Position numbers and translations under genes: made by a program
NCBI GenBank assembly: GCA_037447605.1
Contig: CM074813.1
Span: forward strand, 2,418,001-2,482,000
DNA: 64,000 bases
Direction of reading: 5' to 3'
DNA from: Zygnema circumcarinatum SAG 698-1b
Taxonomy: Eukaryota; Plantae; Zygnematophyceae
Notes under the pieces: model-generated
Databases searched by the model: none
What the model was told of the DNA's origin: nothing
Seen by the model: only the letters and a program-made list of their open reading frames with translations
Shown: positions 52,401 to 64,000 of the stretch, in pieces
Layout of the letters: the number at the start of each line of letters is the position of its first letter
Position numbering within the stretch: the stretch's first letter is position 1

Positions 52401-55400
52401 CTACCATGAACTGCTATCTTGGAAAAAAAAGAAAATTGCCTCCATAGCGCCTCGCTCTTATGGTCTTTTTGAAGCCCTTGAACTGTCTGCTTCATTCAGT
52501 TATTATGTCATCTCTTTCAGAAATCATAAACAAAAGAAAGAATTATTGATTGCAGAGATATTGTGGAATTCTAAACCGATTGTAACTATTGGAAGCAGTC
52601 AATATACGAAAGAAAAAGCATGTTTGAAAGAAAGTTATCTTCATGTGTATGGGGTGTTTATTGCCTTCAAGCTACGCGCTGATATTCACACTCTTTTAGC
52701 TAAGAACTGAGCGAGAAATTACGTCTTGTTACAGGCAAACCATGAGCTCGAGAGTTTCAAGAAGAAGTATGACGAGGTTACGGAAGAGTGCGAGCACCTT
52801 CAACAACTTTTGGTAAGCTTCCAGATGAAATCTACTATTTTAACTGCATCTTTAATTGTGTTTCTGGGGATCTGAATTTGACAATTGAAACATTTCAGGC
52901 TTTCGCTGAAGTTTCTACTTCTGTGCTTTGTCTTGAGTCACGTAGGAGGAGGAAGAGGAGAAATCCCGGCTATTGACAGAGCAGCTGAGGGAGTTGGAAC
53001 GTATGAGGGAGAAAGAGGGAGAGCTCCGGAGAGAGAGAGACTCTCTGCAAGCATCCTTGGAAAGGAGCGAGGCGAGCGTTATTGAGGTCCGATCACATTT
53101 GCAGCATGTTTTCATGATGTACAGCTGTCTCCATTCAAAATCTTAATGCTCGATAGACCGAATAGCAAGCTTTAAAAACATGAATAGTGTGTGGCCATTG
53201 GCAGAGTGAGCAGTATATCGAAACTTTGCGGCGGCAATCGCAGAGTTTGCAGGAGCAAGTGAATACTGCCAAAACTGATGCTCAAAGAAAGGTGCGCATC
53301 TGGGAATGGGCTTGTTTTGCTACCTTCACTCGCCCGGTTTCAATTTCATCTTTCAAAGTATTGTTTATTTTTTCCACTGGCCAGTGAGGATGTGGATGTG
53401 AATAAAGCATTGGGCTTCACTTGTCTCCTCCTGCACATGAGAATGCCAACACGTGTTCATTATCTGCTATTTCTTTCACTTTGACAACTGCTTTCCTGCT
53501 AGTCTCGTTTTCTTGTCACTGGAATTCCACCAACCTCAGCCTTTGACTTTCAAGCATGTTGACCCTCTTCTCTGCCAATGGCTGTTAACGTCGTTTCTGC
53601 CGTTTGTGGACTCATGGACATCTGAAGAGGAAAAACTGCTTGAAACAATATCAGTAGGATATCGGAGAATAGAACGTTCTCTCAAATGTGGCCTATGCTG
53701 GTTATTCTTCGGTTTCTTCGGCACTGTGCAAGATAGCTGCTTGACATTATTCCCAATTGCGAAAAAATGCAGGCTCAGGTCCAAGTGATGGAAATTACAT
53801 CGGATTTGAGTGCAGCTCGCGAGCAAACTCGTGAAGTGTTGGCCCAAATGGTGGGTTTCTTCCCTCCCTCGTTCCCGCCCTCATGTGCAGCTTCTAAAGC
53901 TTTTCCCATACACACTGCCTTTTGGGTTCTTCGCGTTTTTGAGGGGCAAATCATAATGTCAGAGTTTTTATCTGTATTCGTATAGAATCTCTCTGTTTAG
54001 AATCTCTCTGTATAGAATCTATTTCTGTATAGAGTAACCTCTTTTTTTATAGAATATGTTTCTTTAGAGAATCTGTATTCAGTGTTTGCATATTTGAAGG
54101 CGGGTTGCAGGAATCCCTGCAGGCTCAGCATGCCATTCAGGTGGAATCTCTGCAAGCATCCATAGCCGATCTCCGTACACAAGCACGAGATGCCAAACTG
54201 GTAACTTCAGCCCTCAATTCGGAATTCCTCCTCGCTTGCGGTTTTCCGTCCCTAATGATGACAGTTTGTTGGTCAAGATTTCCATGATTTGAGAAATTTG
54301 GGTATTATTTACCCGGTTTTTCATTCGGACTTTCCGTTCGGGAGGCTGCCCTGAATGTGTTATTGTGCATCTAGAGGGTTTTCCATTAAGGTGAACTCAG
54401 ACTATTTGGGAGATGGTATGTATTGCAGTCAACGCCGGAAGCCACTGAAGAGTTGACAGAGAGAGTGGCTGCTTTAGAAGGAGAGAGGAGGAGACAAGAG
54501 TCCAACATTGCTCGAATGAAGGAAGAGATCAGTCGAGCTCGAAAAGACTTTGCTGAGGTATGCTTCAGGTGGTGTTGGGTCATATTTTTTGGGAGGCAGA
54601 GTTGGTTTGTTAGGGTTGTATAGTTTATATTGTGTATTTTATATGAGATTTTCAATGAAGTTGCTTTCCCACAATGCAGGCTACAAGCGCTCGGAAAAAG
54701 GCGGAAGAAGATTTAGCCGCCGTGCAGGAGCAGATGGACTTCCTCGAACTGCAATTGGTGAGCACAATTTATCTTCGAATGCGAGTTGAGATAAAGGAGA
54801 AATTTCTGAGCTTAAGATGAGATAAGAGTATTCTGACTTAAGAGGAAGGAGGAGGAGAAGGAGCAACCCATGCGCCAGCTCCGACAATGGAGTGAGAGAG
54901 AAAGAGATTGAGAGAGACAAAGGGGGAGAGGGGCAGGAGTGGCAGGGGAAAGAGAGTGGGAGAGAGAGAGAGAGGGGGAGAATATGATCCCCCCCAACAT
55001 TCACGCACTGGTGGGGATATATCGGCTTGCACGTTATAGGGTAAGATTTAAACGACTGAGTTATCACTAATGAATGATAATGGATTTGATTTCGCGATGA
55101 TGGTGTGTGCAGGAGAGCACGAAACAGGAGGCTCAGGAGCATTCAGCGAAGGTGGGAGTGTTGACTGTCCAACTGACAGCTGCACAGAGGGAGAGGGAGA
55201 GAGCGGCGAGTGATGCGAGAGAGGCAGCTCGACTGCAACAGGCTCTGACACAGCAGGAGGCAGCGGTACAGCGGGTGAGCTGCCTTTTTGGCAAAAATAG
55301 AAGTTCAAGTGAACTTTGAGCTTTCAACTTTCAAGTGGAAACTACCTTCCTCGACTTTTTTTCTTCTTCTGGTGGCTGATATACTCAAGTTTTGGATTTG

Positions 55401-56130
55401 TTGTTTTCTCCATTCACCAATTCTCATTTGCACGTGCCCTCTCGCTGAAGTTAGAGCGAGTATTCTGTTCTGATTGGTTTTTACTGATGTTAGCGATGAC
55501 TCTTTTTGGATCCTTCGAGTTTTCTTAGCGATCTCTCTCTCTCTCTCCCCCCCTCCGTCACTCTCTCCCTCCTCTCTCCTTCTCGATCTGCCTCCCTTCC
55601 CCCTCCCTTCCCCTCTCCTCCCTCTCCGCCGTCCACTCTTACTGTTGGACATCCTGCTTCGGGTGGTTATCAGGCTCAGCGTACCTTGCAGCTGCGCATT
55701 CAGGAAGATGCAAAGCGGCAGCAGGAGGTAGCCGTCGAACTGGTGAATTCTCTGCCCCATCCTCTCCCCTTTATTCCTCCCCTGAGGCAGATTGCAATGA
55801 GCTGGGAGAGGAGAGAATGGGGTTGGTCAAACTGACCACCCACTCTGTATGTGCGCTTTGTGTGGTCAGGCCACCACCAACAATCTAATTCAAACACTTC
55901 AGAAGGAGGCCATGGATGCTTTGGATGAGAAGAGTCAAGTGGAGCAGGCAGTGAATGCTTTGGAGATTGTGGACCCCTATAGGAGAGGCCACGTCCTGAA
56001 GTTGCGCAAAAGGCCAAACTTTACATGCAGCGCCTGCCACCAGGTGGGCGCTGGCTATTCGTGGAAGTGCGCTGATCGCACGTGTGGTGACATCATCCAT
56101 CCAGGCTGCGCTGTAGCTGTGAGGAGATAA
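43432..56130 (+). CDS. Multi-exon protein: divergent MSP (VAP-like) domain + long coiled coil + C-terminal DC1 (C1-like) zinc finger. MSP exons 43432-43483, 43643-43713, 44109-44190, 45042-45142, 45368-45439; last exon 55870-56130
   Basis: N-terminus LEVEPSRLEFQFQVGRELTCRLQLKNNGNSSLCVKITASGRHRYRIEPSNSII..NDALMVES..KVKLPVIF follows the MSP pattern. Many short E/Q/K/R-rich exons follow on the same strand. Ends with GHVLKLRKRPNFTCSACHQVGAGYSWKCADRTCGDIIHPGC. Some internal junctions are unresolved. Confidence 0.75.
53980..54075. repeat. Short tandem repeat (about 15-bp TAGAATCTCTCTGTA unit) in an intron
   Basis: tagaatctctctgtt / tagaatctctctgta / tagaatctatttctgta plus degenerate copies. Confidence 0.75.
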
Positions 56131-56752
56131 GGCTCCTTGGCAGCTTTCAGCCGCTCTTTCTCTTTCCATGGCTCCTGTATGTATGTAGGCAAGGGAGGGG
56201 CCCTGGAAGGGCTCTCGATTTATTTTGGAAATGATTACTGGGAACACTCTTTATTGTGAAAAACACATCCGACTGAACACGTGTGTACTGCCGGTCTTTC
56301 CTGGGAGTGGAGCGTTATTTGTAGCTGGAAGATAATGGGCTGTCAATTTGTAATACACTTCTGCTGTCAATAAGTATCTATCTGTCAATAAGAATCTATC
56401 TTCCCTAGAATCCTTCTGGACGGGTCAGTGCGCTTCCATAGTCCGCAGTCAAAAAAGTCAGTGCTTCAGTGGGACCGACTGCGTGTATCATCATCAGCAG
56501 CAATGCCAAGATTTACTCACCTGCTGGACAGACAGTTGCTTGTAAAAGCGAAAAGTGTTGCGCATGAGACCTGCAATTCACCATGGGCCACCCTGCATTG
56601 GAGCTTTAGTTGAGCATCTTCCACTGGGGACACGCTAAATGCGCACTTTTGTATACGTGGCAAATTGTCAATGGAAAATGGTCGGCTATAGTCCTCTATT
56701 CGAATTTGAGGGAGAGGCCCAAGGCCGCACTGATCAGTGCTGCGCAGGTTTC

Positions 56753-57343
56753 CACAAGTCGGACCATTGCATCGGCAACCATTGGACAACCATTGCATCG
56801 CAATGGTCGGAAGATCCAAGGCAACCATTGAATCCAAAGATTCAGAACCATTAGCAATGGTTGGCAACCATTGGATCACAATGGTCCCAACCCATTGGCA
56901 ATGGTTGTTTCGGTCCGATGGCAATGATTCGCAACCATTGGATGCAACCAATGATGAGTCCAATGGTTGGCAACCATCGCAATGATTGGAATCATTACAT
57001 AGAAACGCAAGATTTTCTCCACCGATAGCCGGAATCGACCTCACGAGTTGTCATGTGTGGAAAGAAGTACTCTGACTAGTGTATAGCAAAGTAAACACGA
57101 TTCTTCGCTTTAAAACTTGATTATAAATGACAAAACTCTTGAATCTAATGGTTCAGAACCATTGGCAATGGTTGGCAATCATTGAATCCAATGGTTCCGA
57201 CCATTGGCAATGGCTGTTACGGTCTGACGGCAATGATTGGCAACCATTGGATCCAATGGTTTGGAACCATTGCAATGGTTGGCTGGCCCGCTATCCAATG
57301 GTTCGCAACCATTGCAATGGTTGATGCAATGGTCCGACCTGTG
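56753..57343. mobile_element. Non-autonomous foldback-like DNA transposon, 21-bp TIR, ~8-bp TSD
   Basis: CACAAGTCGGACCATTGCATC (56753-56773) vs GATGCAATGGTCCGACCTGTG (57323-57343), 20/21 complementary. Flanks CAGGTTTC (56745-56752) and CAGGCTTC (57344-57351). Both arms are arrays of CAACCATTG/CAATGGTTG. Confidence 0.85.
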
Positions 57344-57729
57344 CAGGCTTCATAGCACAATTGAATGTTGTGTAGAACCTTTGACACAACCTGGATAACG
57401 AAGGTTTGAGGAATGACTATTTCTTTGTAAACCGGCGCCAAATTTTGCTTTCAGTATTTGCAATCAATTGCCAAAGGTTTGTGTACTGTAATCAATCGGG
57501 GGTTCAAAATTGCTGTACGGAATCAAAATTCATGCTGTATGAAATTGGCATGGCAAACTCTATGGGATCTTGTATGGCCGGCGTTGGGATCCTTCAGTCG
57601 AAGTAAAAATTTTGAAATCAGCGCTTCTAAAATTCGGCCTGCAACAAGAACCGACCCTTCCACGACCCCCAAGGAAGGGCCGTAAGTTGTGGATTGGTCC
57701 TCGACCGGGAGCACTAAGCATGAATTCTA

Positions 57730-58162
57730 CAGTTAGATCGGCAACCATTGGCCAACCATTGGATGGCAATGGTTGCCAACCATTCGAATGGTTGCGAACC
57801 ATTGGACGCCCAACCATTGCCATCCAATGGTTGCATTCATTGCGAGGGTTGTCTCGGTCCGAGGCCAATGGTTGGAACCATTGGCGATGGTTGCTCGGGT
57901 CGCGAATCAATGGTTCGCAACCATTGCAATGGCTCACAGGTCGGACCATGCGATCGGCAATCATTGAACAACCATTCGAATGGTTGGCAACCATTGGTAT
58001 CCGATGGTTGCGAACCATTCGATGGTTGTTTCCGGTGCCAATGGTTGGCAATCTTTCGAATGGCTGATCCAATGGTCCGACCTGTGCAATGGTTGGCAAA
58101 CCATTGGACCCATTCAATGGTGAAACCAAGGGTTGGCAACATTGCAATGGTTGGGACCGCTG
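57730..58162. repeat. CAACCATTG/CAATGGTTG array containing a nested TIR copy (57935-58086)
   Basis: Dense 9-mer array. Inner perfect 15-bp IR CACAGGTCGGACCAT / ATGGTCCGACCTGTG. A further end-like motif occurs at 58346-58361. Confidence 0.8.
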
Positions 58163-59400
58163 TATAGAAAGTGCAAAATTTTAATTTTAATTTTTGCCAA
58201 CGGGCGGATTCAAACCCATGTCAATGCGAAGTACTTCTACCAATTAAATATTGCAGATGGATGTGAATTTTTGGCAATGGATAGTACCCAGTGGATTCAA
58301 TTGACCAATAGCAATGGTTGGCTCGTAAATATTCCAATGATTGTTCAATGGTCCGACCTGTTGAACTCAGACCCTTCGATACAGACGATTACCCCTTCGG
58401 TTGGACCGACTTTGAAGTCCATACGTGTGGAACTGTACGTCCGAACCCCTCGGCTCTCTCGCTCGTTCAGGACTTACAGATAATGCCCCATGCCCATGGC
58501 CCACCATGGCTTGCCACGCCAACATGCATGTCGCTTCAGAAGCAGGTGCATTCCCAACAAAAGTGAAAAAAACATCCTTGATGGAGAGCGTGGTACAACA
58601 ACAAACAAACACGGCCTGTACCGCATGAAACTTTTCAGATTTGGCAGAGATATGTGAAGGAATCGCAAAACTATGCATCAACAATTTCGAAAGAAACAGA
58701 TTGCGACAATGTACGCAGCCTGTGCTATACCATCAAGCGATAACTGGCAGGCCATGATCAGATATATTACATCTGAGCCAAAGTGAAGGAGAAAAACACA
58801 TATTTTCAGCTGCATTGAATCACTCCATCCTTTCTTTCACAATGGTCTGCCCTATTCCTGGATACGGACACCACAGTGGCCATGGTCGACCGCCCAGTCA
58901 GCCCCTCCTCCACTTCGCAGGAGCGACTGGAGCGGTCCCCTCCCCTGCCATGGCCGCCGCTGTCTGACTCCACTGCCGGCAGCGACTCTCAAAAGCAGTA
59001 AATGTACAAAGACAGCTCAGATCTACATTCACAGCTCTGCCTTACTCATCTCCTCAGTCAACTGGGCTGCCTCTCTGCTCATGCAGCTTCCCCACTAATG
59101 AAATGTACCTCCTCATTTCCACAGCTGCAAGCAGAGATCACCTCAGCAGCCCCCCAGGCGAAAAAAACGGAAAAAAAAAGAAAAAAAAAGGAAAAAAAAA
59201 GAAGAAAAAAATGTACTAAAGGGCTGACTTCGTCCATGTCTTCCTGCAGCGGCTCTACAACCCACAAGGGCCTGTCTTCTTGGACTCGCAATGTTCTTCG
59301 ATCCATGGAACTCGAGCTGCGCAGGTCTGGCAGGCAGTCAGCCTTGCAGCGAGCAAAAACGCACCAGGTTTCTAAGTTCTGATTGCAGGTGCAGATGAGC

Positions 59401-62400
59401 TCAAGCATCCCACTGTTTGGGTTGCGATAGCGATTGCTGCAGCTGCTGTCCCCCACCAACATTCCGGTTTTGGTCCACCTGCGCGCTTAGAGCAGCGTAG
59501 TCCCTGATATCCCGTAGCCCTGAGAAATCCCGAGGGGAGATGTTTCGCAGGCCTAAGAAATCTCGTGTTACTGCTCCAAATGACTTCAAATCGTCTCCAG
59601 CATTAGAGAGGCCTTGCATACCCCCAAAAGGATCCCCCCCACTTTGGCCCAAAAGGTCTGCTCCGGCCAAACCTTGTAGCAGATTCCCCTGCGCTGAGTT
59701 ACTTAAGAGCCCAGAAAGAGGCCCTCCCGGCGCAAACATCCCCTGGCTGTTGGCAATGGAAATTAAGTCATGAAGGTTCTGAGAGTTGCCGCCACCACCA
59801 TCTGCCTGCCTGCCTGTTGCTGAGCCAAAGTTCCCAAATGGGGACCCTCCTTGCTGCTGTTGTTGCTGCTGATGCTGCTGCTGTTGCTGATGTTGCTGCT
59901 GCTGCTGATGTTGTTGCTGCTGATGCTGCTGCTGTTGCTGTTGCTGCTGCTGCCTCTGCTGCTGCTCTTGGTGCTGCTGTTGCTGCTGCTCATGCTGCTG
60001 CCTCTGTGACTGCTGATGAAGAGATTCGGCCGCTTTGTTTAACTGTTGGAGTTGCTGCTGGGTGAACGAGCCCGGCTGACCTCCAGCTCCAAGATTGCGG
60101 CCAGTTTCTTGCGAAGAAAAGAACGATGTCAGGGCTGCAAGGGAGTTAGCATTTGCTGCTCCATCATCAGAACTTGGCCCTAGGCCCAGTGCGCTCCTGA
60201 TCAGCTGGTTTTGACTTGGACTCTGACCCCTCATGTTCTGAGTAGCCTTTTGGAGGAGAGAAGTCGCATTAAGCTGATTCATTTCTCCGCCACCTTGTGA
60301 AAACAGATTGGATGAGAGATTCTGATAGTTCCCAAAGCCACTGGACGATGCACTCCCCGAGCCAACGTTGGAGTTTCCTAAGGGGGAAGTCTTCGCAGGG
60401 GGGCGACTCCCTGCCTGAGTAACTCCAAAAGTCTGAGATGTCCCCATGTTCGGCTCTAGCTTAAGACCAGCAGATAAGTCTCCCCCAAACCCCCCTGAAT
60501 TGCTTGGAAGCAAATCAGAGAATCCTGCCGCCCTTAGTGCAGCCATATTTGCCCCTCCACCTGGAGAGTTAGCATTACCAGCCCCTCCAGCTAAGTTCTG
60601 CAGAGAGCCCGCATTTCCAAGCAAACTCGCAAAGAGTCTCCCCTGCGCTGAATTGTTGCCTAAAAGATTTCCAGTTAAGCCACCAGAGCTCCCTTGTCCA
60701 CCTCCTCCCAACACATTTGGCAGGTCTGCGAGGTCTATTCCCGCATTCGCAAGTTGTCCCGCCATGCTTCCCAGCCCTCCACTGCCCTGCAGCCCCTTCT
60801 GTTGCAGCAGGAGAGCTGGAGTAAGCAAAGAAGCATCCACGTTTCCAAGATTCCCTGATCCCAACAGGTTTGAAGCCTCCTGTCCTCCTCCCATCACCTG
60901 CCCTCCCAGTCTGTTCTGTCCTTGACCGGGTCCTTGTCCAAGCCATAGACCCAACGCTGATGCTTGCCTCGCCTGCCCATCCTGACCATTCCATCTTGTA
61001 TCTCCCTGCCCTCCCAGTTCGCCCCCTCCACCTCCACCTCCTGCCCCTCCGCCCCTTGAATCTGGGCTGGGCAGACCTTGCAGCATATTTCCCCCTCGAG
61101 TGAGAGGGTTTCCCCCACTCCCTAAACTACCTGCCCCTCCCGACCCCGCAGTGCCGCTCGGCCCGGAAAGCTGCGGCTTGCTTGGCCCAGCTCCAATTCC
61201 GGAGTCAGCCAGAGCATCACAGAATGCTCGGTGAGTAATAAAGCTGTCGCGTCTGCACCCAACAAAAGATACAACATAGGGTCAAGAGTAATGAAGCAGA
61301 GAGGTATGCCCACCGCTACCAATCTTTTCCAGTCATTGGACTTAAGAAGTTGTAACTAACTGTATGTGTACTTACCTCTCAAATCATCTCAGTCTCTTAT
61401 GACATTAGCTAGTCAATTACAAACTCAAAAACGTTATCATGGAAGGCAAAAAGCGGAATTCACAGACAAGGGATCAAAATCACAGTCAGGAAAGTACAAG
61501 CTTACCTGGAAAATAAAGTTCCGCAATCACAGCGATACTCTCGTGTGCCACATGTTTTCAGATGGGCCTTCCAATCCGACTGCACTGCATATCGTTTTGA
61601 GCATTTGTCGCACTTAAACTTCTTTTCTCCATGCTTCCGGCAGAAATGTTTCTTAATGCCCGTCAGGTCTCCAAGGGCACGGGCTGGATCATGATGCACA
61701 CACGACGGCTCCGGGCAGATGTAGACTCTCTTTTTCACTTCTTTGCTTGTACGCTGGCGTAGTTTCCAGGGAAGATTGTGCCCCCTTCGATGGAGCTGTA
61801 GGTTCTGATCCCTCTGAAAGCCTTTGTTGCAAATCTCACATACAAAGCGGTTCGTCGCCATCAAAGTTTTCGGTGACAGGGCCACCACCTCTGCATCAGG
61901 ATCTGCGTTACATAAACGAAAGGTTTCAGTAGCTTCAAAGCGAGTTCAAACAGAATCAAGAAGTACGAGAACACTCAGGAACACCCATCATGGGTGCTGC
62001 CCGCCGAAAAGGAACGCCACAGACTTCAGTTGTCAATGAAAAAGGCTTTCTCAGTACAGAAACAGGCCATACTCATTTTACATTCAGGAGCGTTTTCACC
62101 GTCAAGCAGCTTGCAGCAAATGCTAGAGGAAGAAGCCATTTGGTGGAGAAACGAAGAGACTCCCAGCGACAAGAGCGTTTAGGATAAGAATCACCCTCAT
62201 ACAAGACAACCCAAGCACAAGGATGAACACCCTTGCTCCTCCTCTCTTTCTCTATGTGCTATTTGTGACCAGAAAAGCCGCCATGCCAGAACTGCCATAC
62301 GAAAACGAAGTTCCTGAACGACAGGCGAAGTTCCAAGACAGAATCACACATGCAACCGCCTCCCGCACAAAAGACTTTTCATCATCAGCACTGACAATCG

Positions 62401-63261
62401 CAGCGCCTCCTACCAGACCAGAAGCAAAAGAATTTTTGCAACAAACGAACTATCGAAGAATACAATCACATCACCCGCCACAGAAAGCCTGCTCTTCTAG
62501 CCAACCAGACCCAAGCCAAACCTACTACACGACCGCCAAGTAAAGAAAGCGTAGTTTTGCTGCGGTTGCTACACGTAACTACCCCCTCCCAACAGCCATC
62601 CGCCAACAAGCACTCTCCACCCTCCCTCCCTCCCACCATCCCTCCTAACAACAATCACCCTTTCCTCCTCACCTGGAGTGCCCGGCAAGTTCCGCTTTCT
62701 TTTGACTACCAGCGCGAGCCCCCCCTGGGAGCCCCCCTGCTCACCCTCCCTCCCTTCCGAGGAGACGCTGACATCTCCGGAGCGCGTAGGAAGCGCTAAC
62801 GTATTGATCATCAGGGCGGGCCGGCCCCTGGAAGAGGGCGAGGCGAGGGAGCCCGAGCCGGCAGGACTAGCGAGGTTGGGAGACGCCAGGCTGGGCAGGC
62901 CAGCTGTCGCCTCTAGCATACCATGCGAGGCTTCGAGCCCGAGGGGGAGGGTGGACACGTGGCCCGCTCCCGGGGTTGTGTGGACCGCGAAGGGATTAGG
63001 GTTTCCAAGGTCGCCGCCTTGCAGCACCTGCCAGGGGCTCTGCGCCGCGTCCTCCAGCTTGGGGCCGCGTGGCCCGTCCAGGGCACACGGGGGCAGCTGC
63101 GAGCACGGCTCGTCCGGGCTCACCACGCGCTCACACGTGCCGCTGGTCAGAGTCGAGATGCTTTCTTGCGAATGAACACAAGCGGCACGGCGCCAGGCGT
63201 CGCTGTGCGGTAAAAGCGGGCGAGAAAAGTCACCGGAAAAGAGCTGCGCTACGCCAGACAT
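59401..63261 (-). CDS. IDD: INDETERMINATE DOMAIN (IDD/BIRD) C2H2 zinc-finger transcription factor; exons 63261-62673, 61902-61506, 61252-59401
   Basis: KRKRNLPGTPDPDAEVVALSPKTLMATNRFVCEICNKGFQRDQNLQLHRRGH..CDKCSKRYAVQSDWKAH..CDCGTLFSRRDSFITHRAFCDAL. C-terminal LNATSLLQKA and TRDFLG motifs. Start codon uncertain. Confidence 0.95.
59852..60015 (-). repeat. CAG/CAA repeat encoding polyQ in the IDD
   Basis: (TGC/TGT)n on the + strand, in frame with the Q-rich tract. Confidence 0.9.
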
Positions 63262-64000
63262 GGTCCCGTGCACGCTTGTCTCCCTTCCCCCATGTCTTTC
63301 TTCTACTCAGTATCGGATTAGGGTTATCTCCTCCTCTCCCCAGCGCAACCTACACCCGCCAATCTAGCCTCACTCCCGCCACACTCGCACGCTGCGCTCA
63401 CTGAGCCGCTCCCCTCCCCTGGCAATCCACCGAGCGGGCGCTCGCTGCAGAGCCCTGCCATGGCTGCCGCGTGCAGGAGGCCATGGCTGCCGGCGGAGAG
63501 GGAGGGCGAAAAGGAGGCTGCGGCTGGCGGGCGGTTGCCGGCGGGGGGGGAAGGGCGCCCGCTTTTGGCGCATCCTGTCCTGTCGGGCCTTTACGGCCCC
63601 CCGGGCGGCCGATCGACGGCCCAGGGCGGCGTACGGTAGGACATCGTACGGCCGTACGCCGCCGCCCGCAAGACCGCGCGCCGCGCGGTCCGAAGTGCCG
63701 CCCGGCGCACTGCGCGGTTTGGCAGGACCGAGGCGAAGGCGGCGGGGGCCCGCCCTGCCCCGTCGACGTTACGCGCCGACCGCGCGGGGGAAGACTCGGT
63801 ACGCCTCGAGTCTGACATTGAAAATATATTTAGCCAGTCGCAAAATATGCGCAGTACGGATTCTGGTTTTTGCGCGGACCGCGCGCTGGGCACGGGGGAC
63901 CGGGGCAACCGCCCGGATTGCGCGCGGGCGGGCGGGCAGGCGCAATCCGGGCCGTCCGTCCGTCCGGGCGGGCGGGCGGGCGGGCGTACGACTGGCGCGG

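Noticed and set aside
57728-58164. Outer array as a TA-flanked Tc1/mariner element (TA-CAG...CTG-TA)
   Set aside because: Only about 5 terminal bases are complementary beyond the generic repeat, too weak to call.
56740-58170. CRISPR-like array or NHW/QPL/MV-rich ORFs (e.g. 57560-58147, 57570-58067, 56517-57044)
   Set aside because: Units are 9-mers in both orientations without regular unique spacers and no cas genes are present; the ORFs are translations of the stop-poor repeat.
63911-63952. 13-bp-stem GC hairpin upstream of the IDD
   Set aside because: Lies in extremely GC-rich sequence at the window edge; cannot be distinguished from chance or a truncated element.

Overview
Eukaryotic, intron-rich nuclear DNA from a green plant lineage. 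A streptophyte alga is my inference, based on plant-type IDD, USP and DC1/MSP genes alongside TRPC4AP and an animal-type membrane UGT. Nine protein-coding genes can be reconstructed: a PHOS32/34-like universal stress protein (+), an MBOAT lysophospholipid acyltransferase (-), a TRPC4AP/TRUSS homologue (+), VPS41 (-), an ARM-repeat protein without a U-box (-), an intronless type-I-membrane UDP-glycosyltransferase (-), DDX41/abstrakt/RH35 (+), an unusual divergent MSP + long coiled-coil + DC1 zinc-finger protein (+), and an INDETERMINATE-DOMAIN transcription factor (-). Intergenic DNA holds several non-autonomous DNA transposons visible from their structure: a 1.37-kb hAT-type element with a perfect 8-bp TSD, a 160-bp MITE with an ATT/TA TSD, and a foldback-like family with CACA(A/G)GTCGGACCAT termini, CAACCATTG subterminal arrays and ~8-bp TSDs (P-superfamily-like; three copies, one nested). 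All exon models and family assignments were made by eye; no database search was run.
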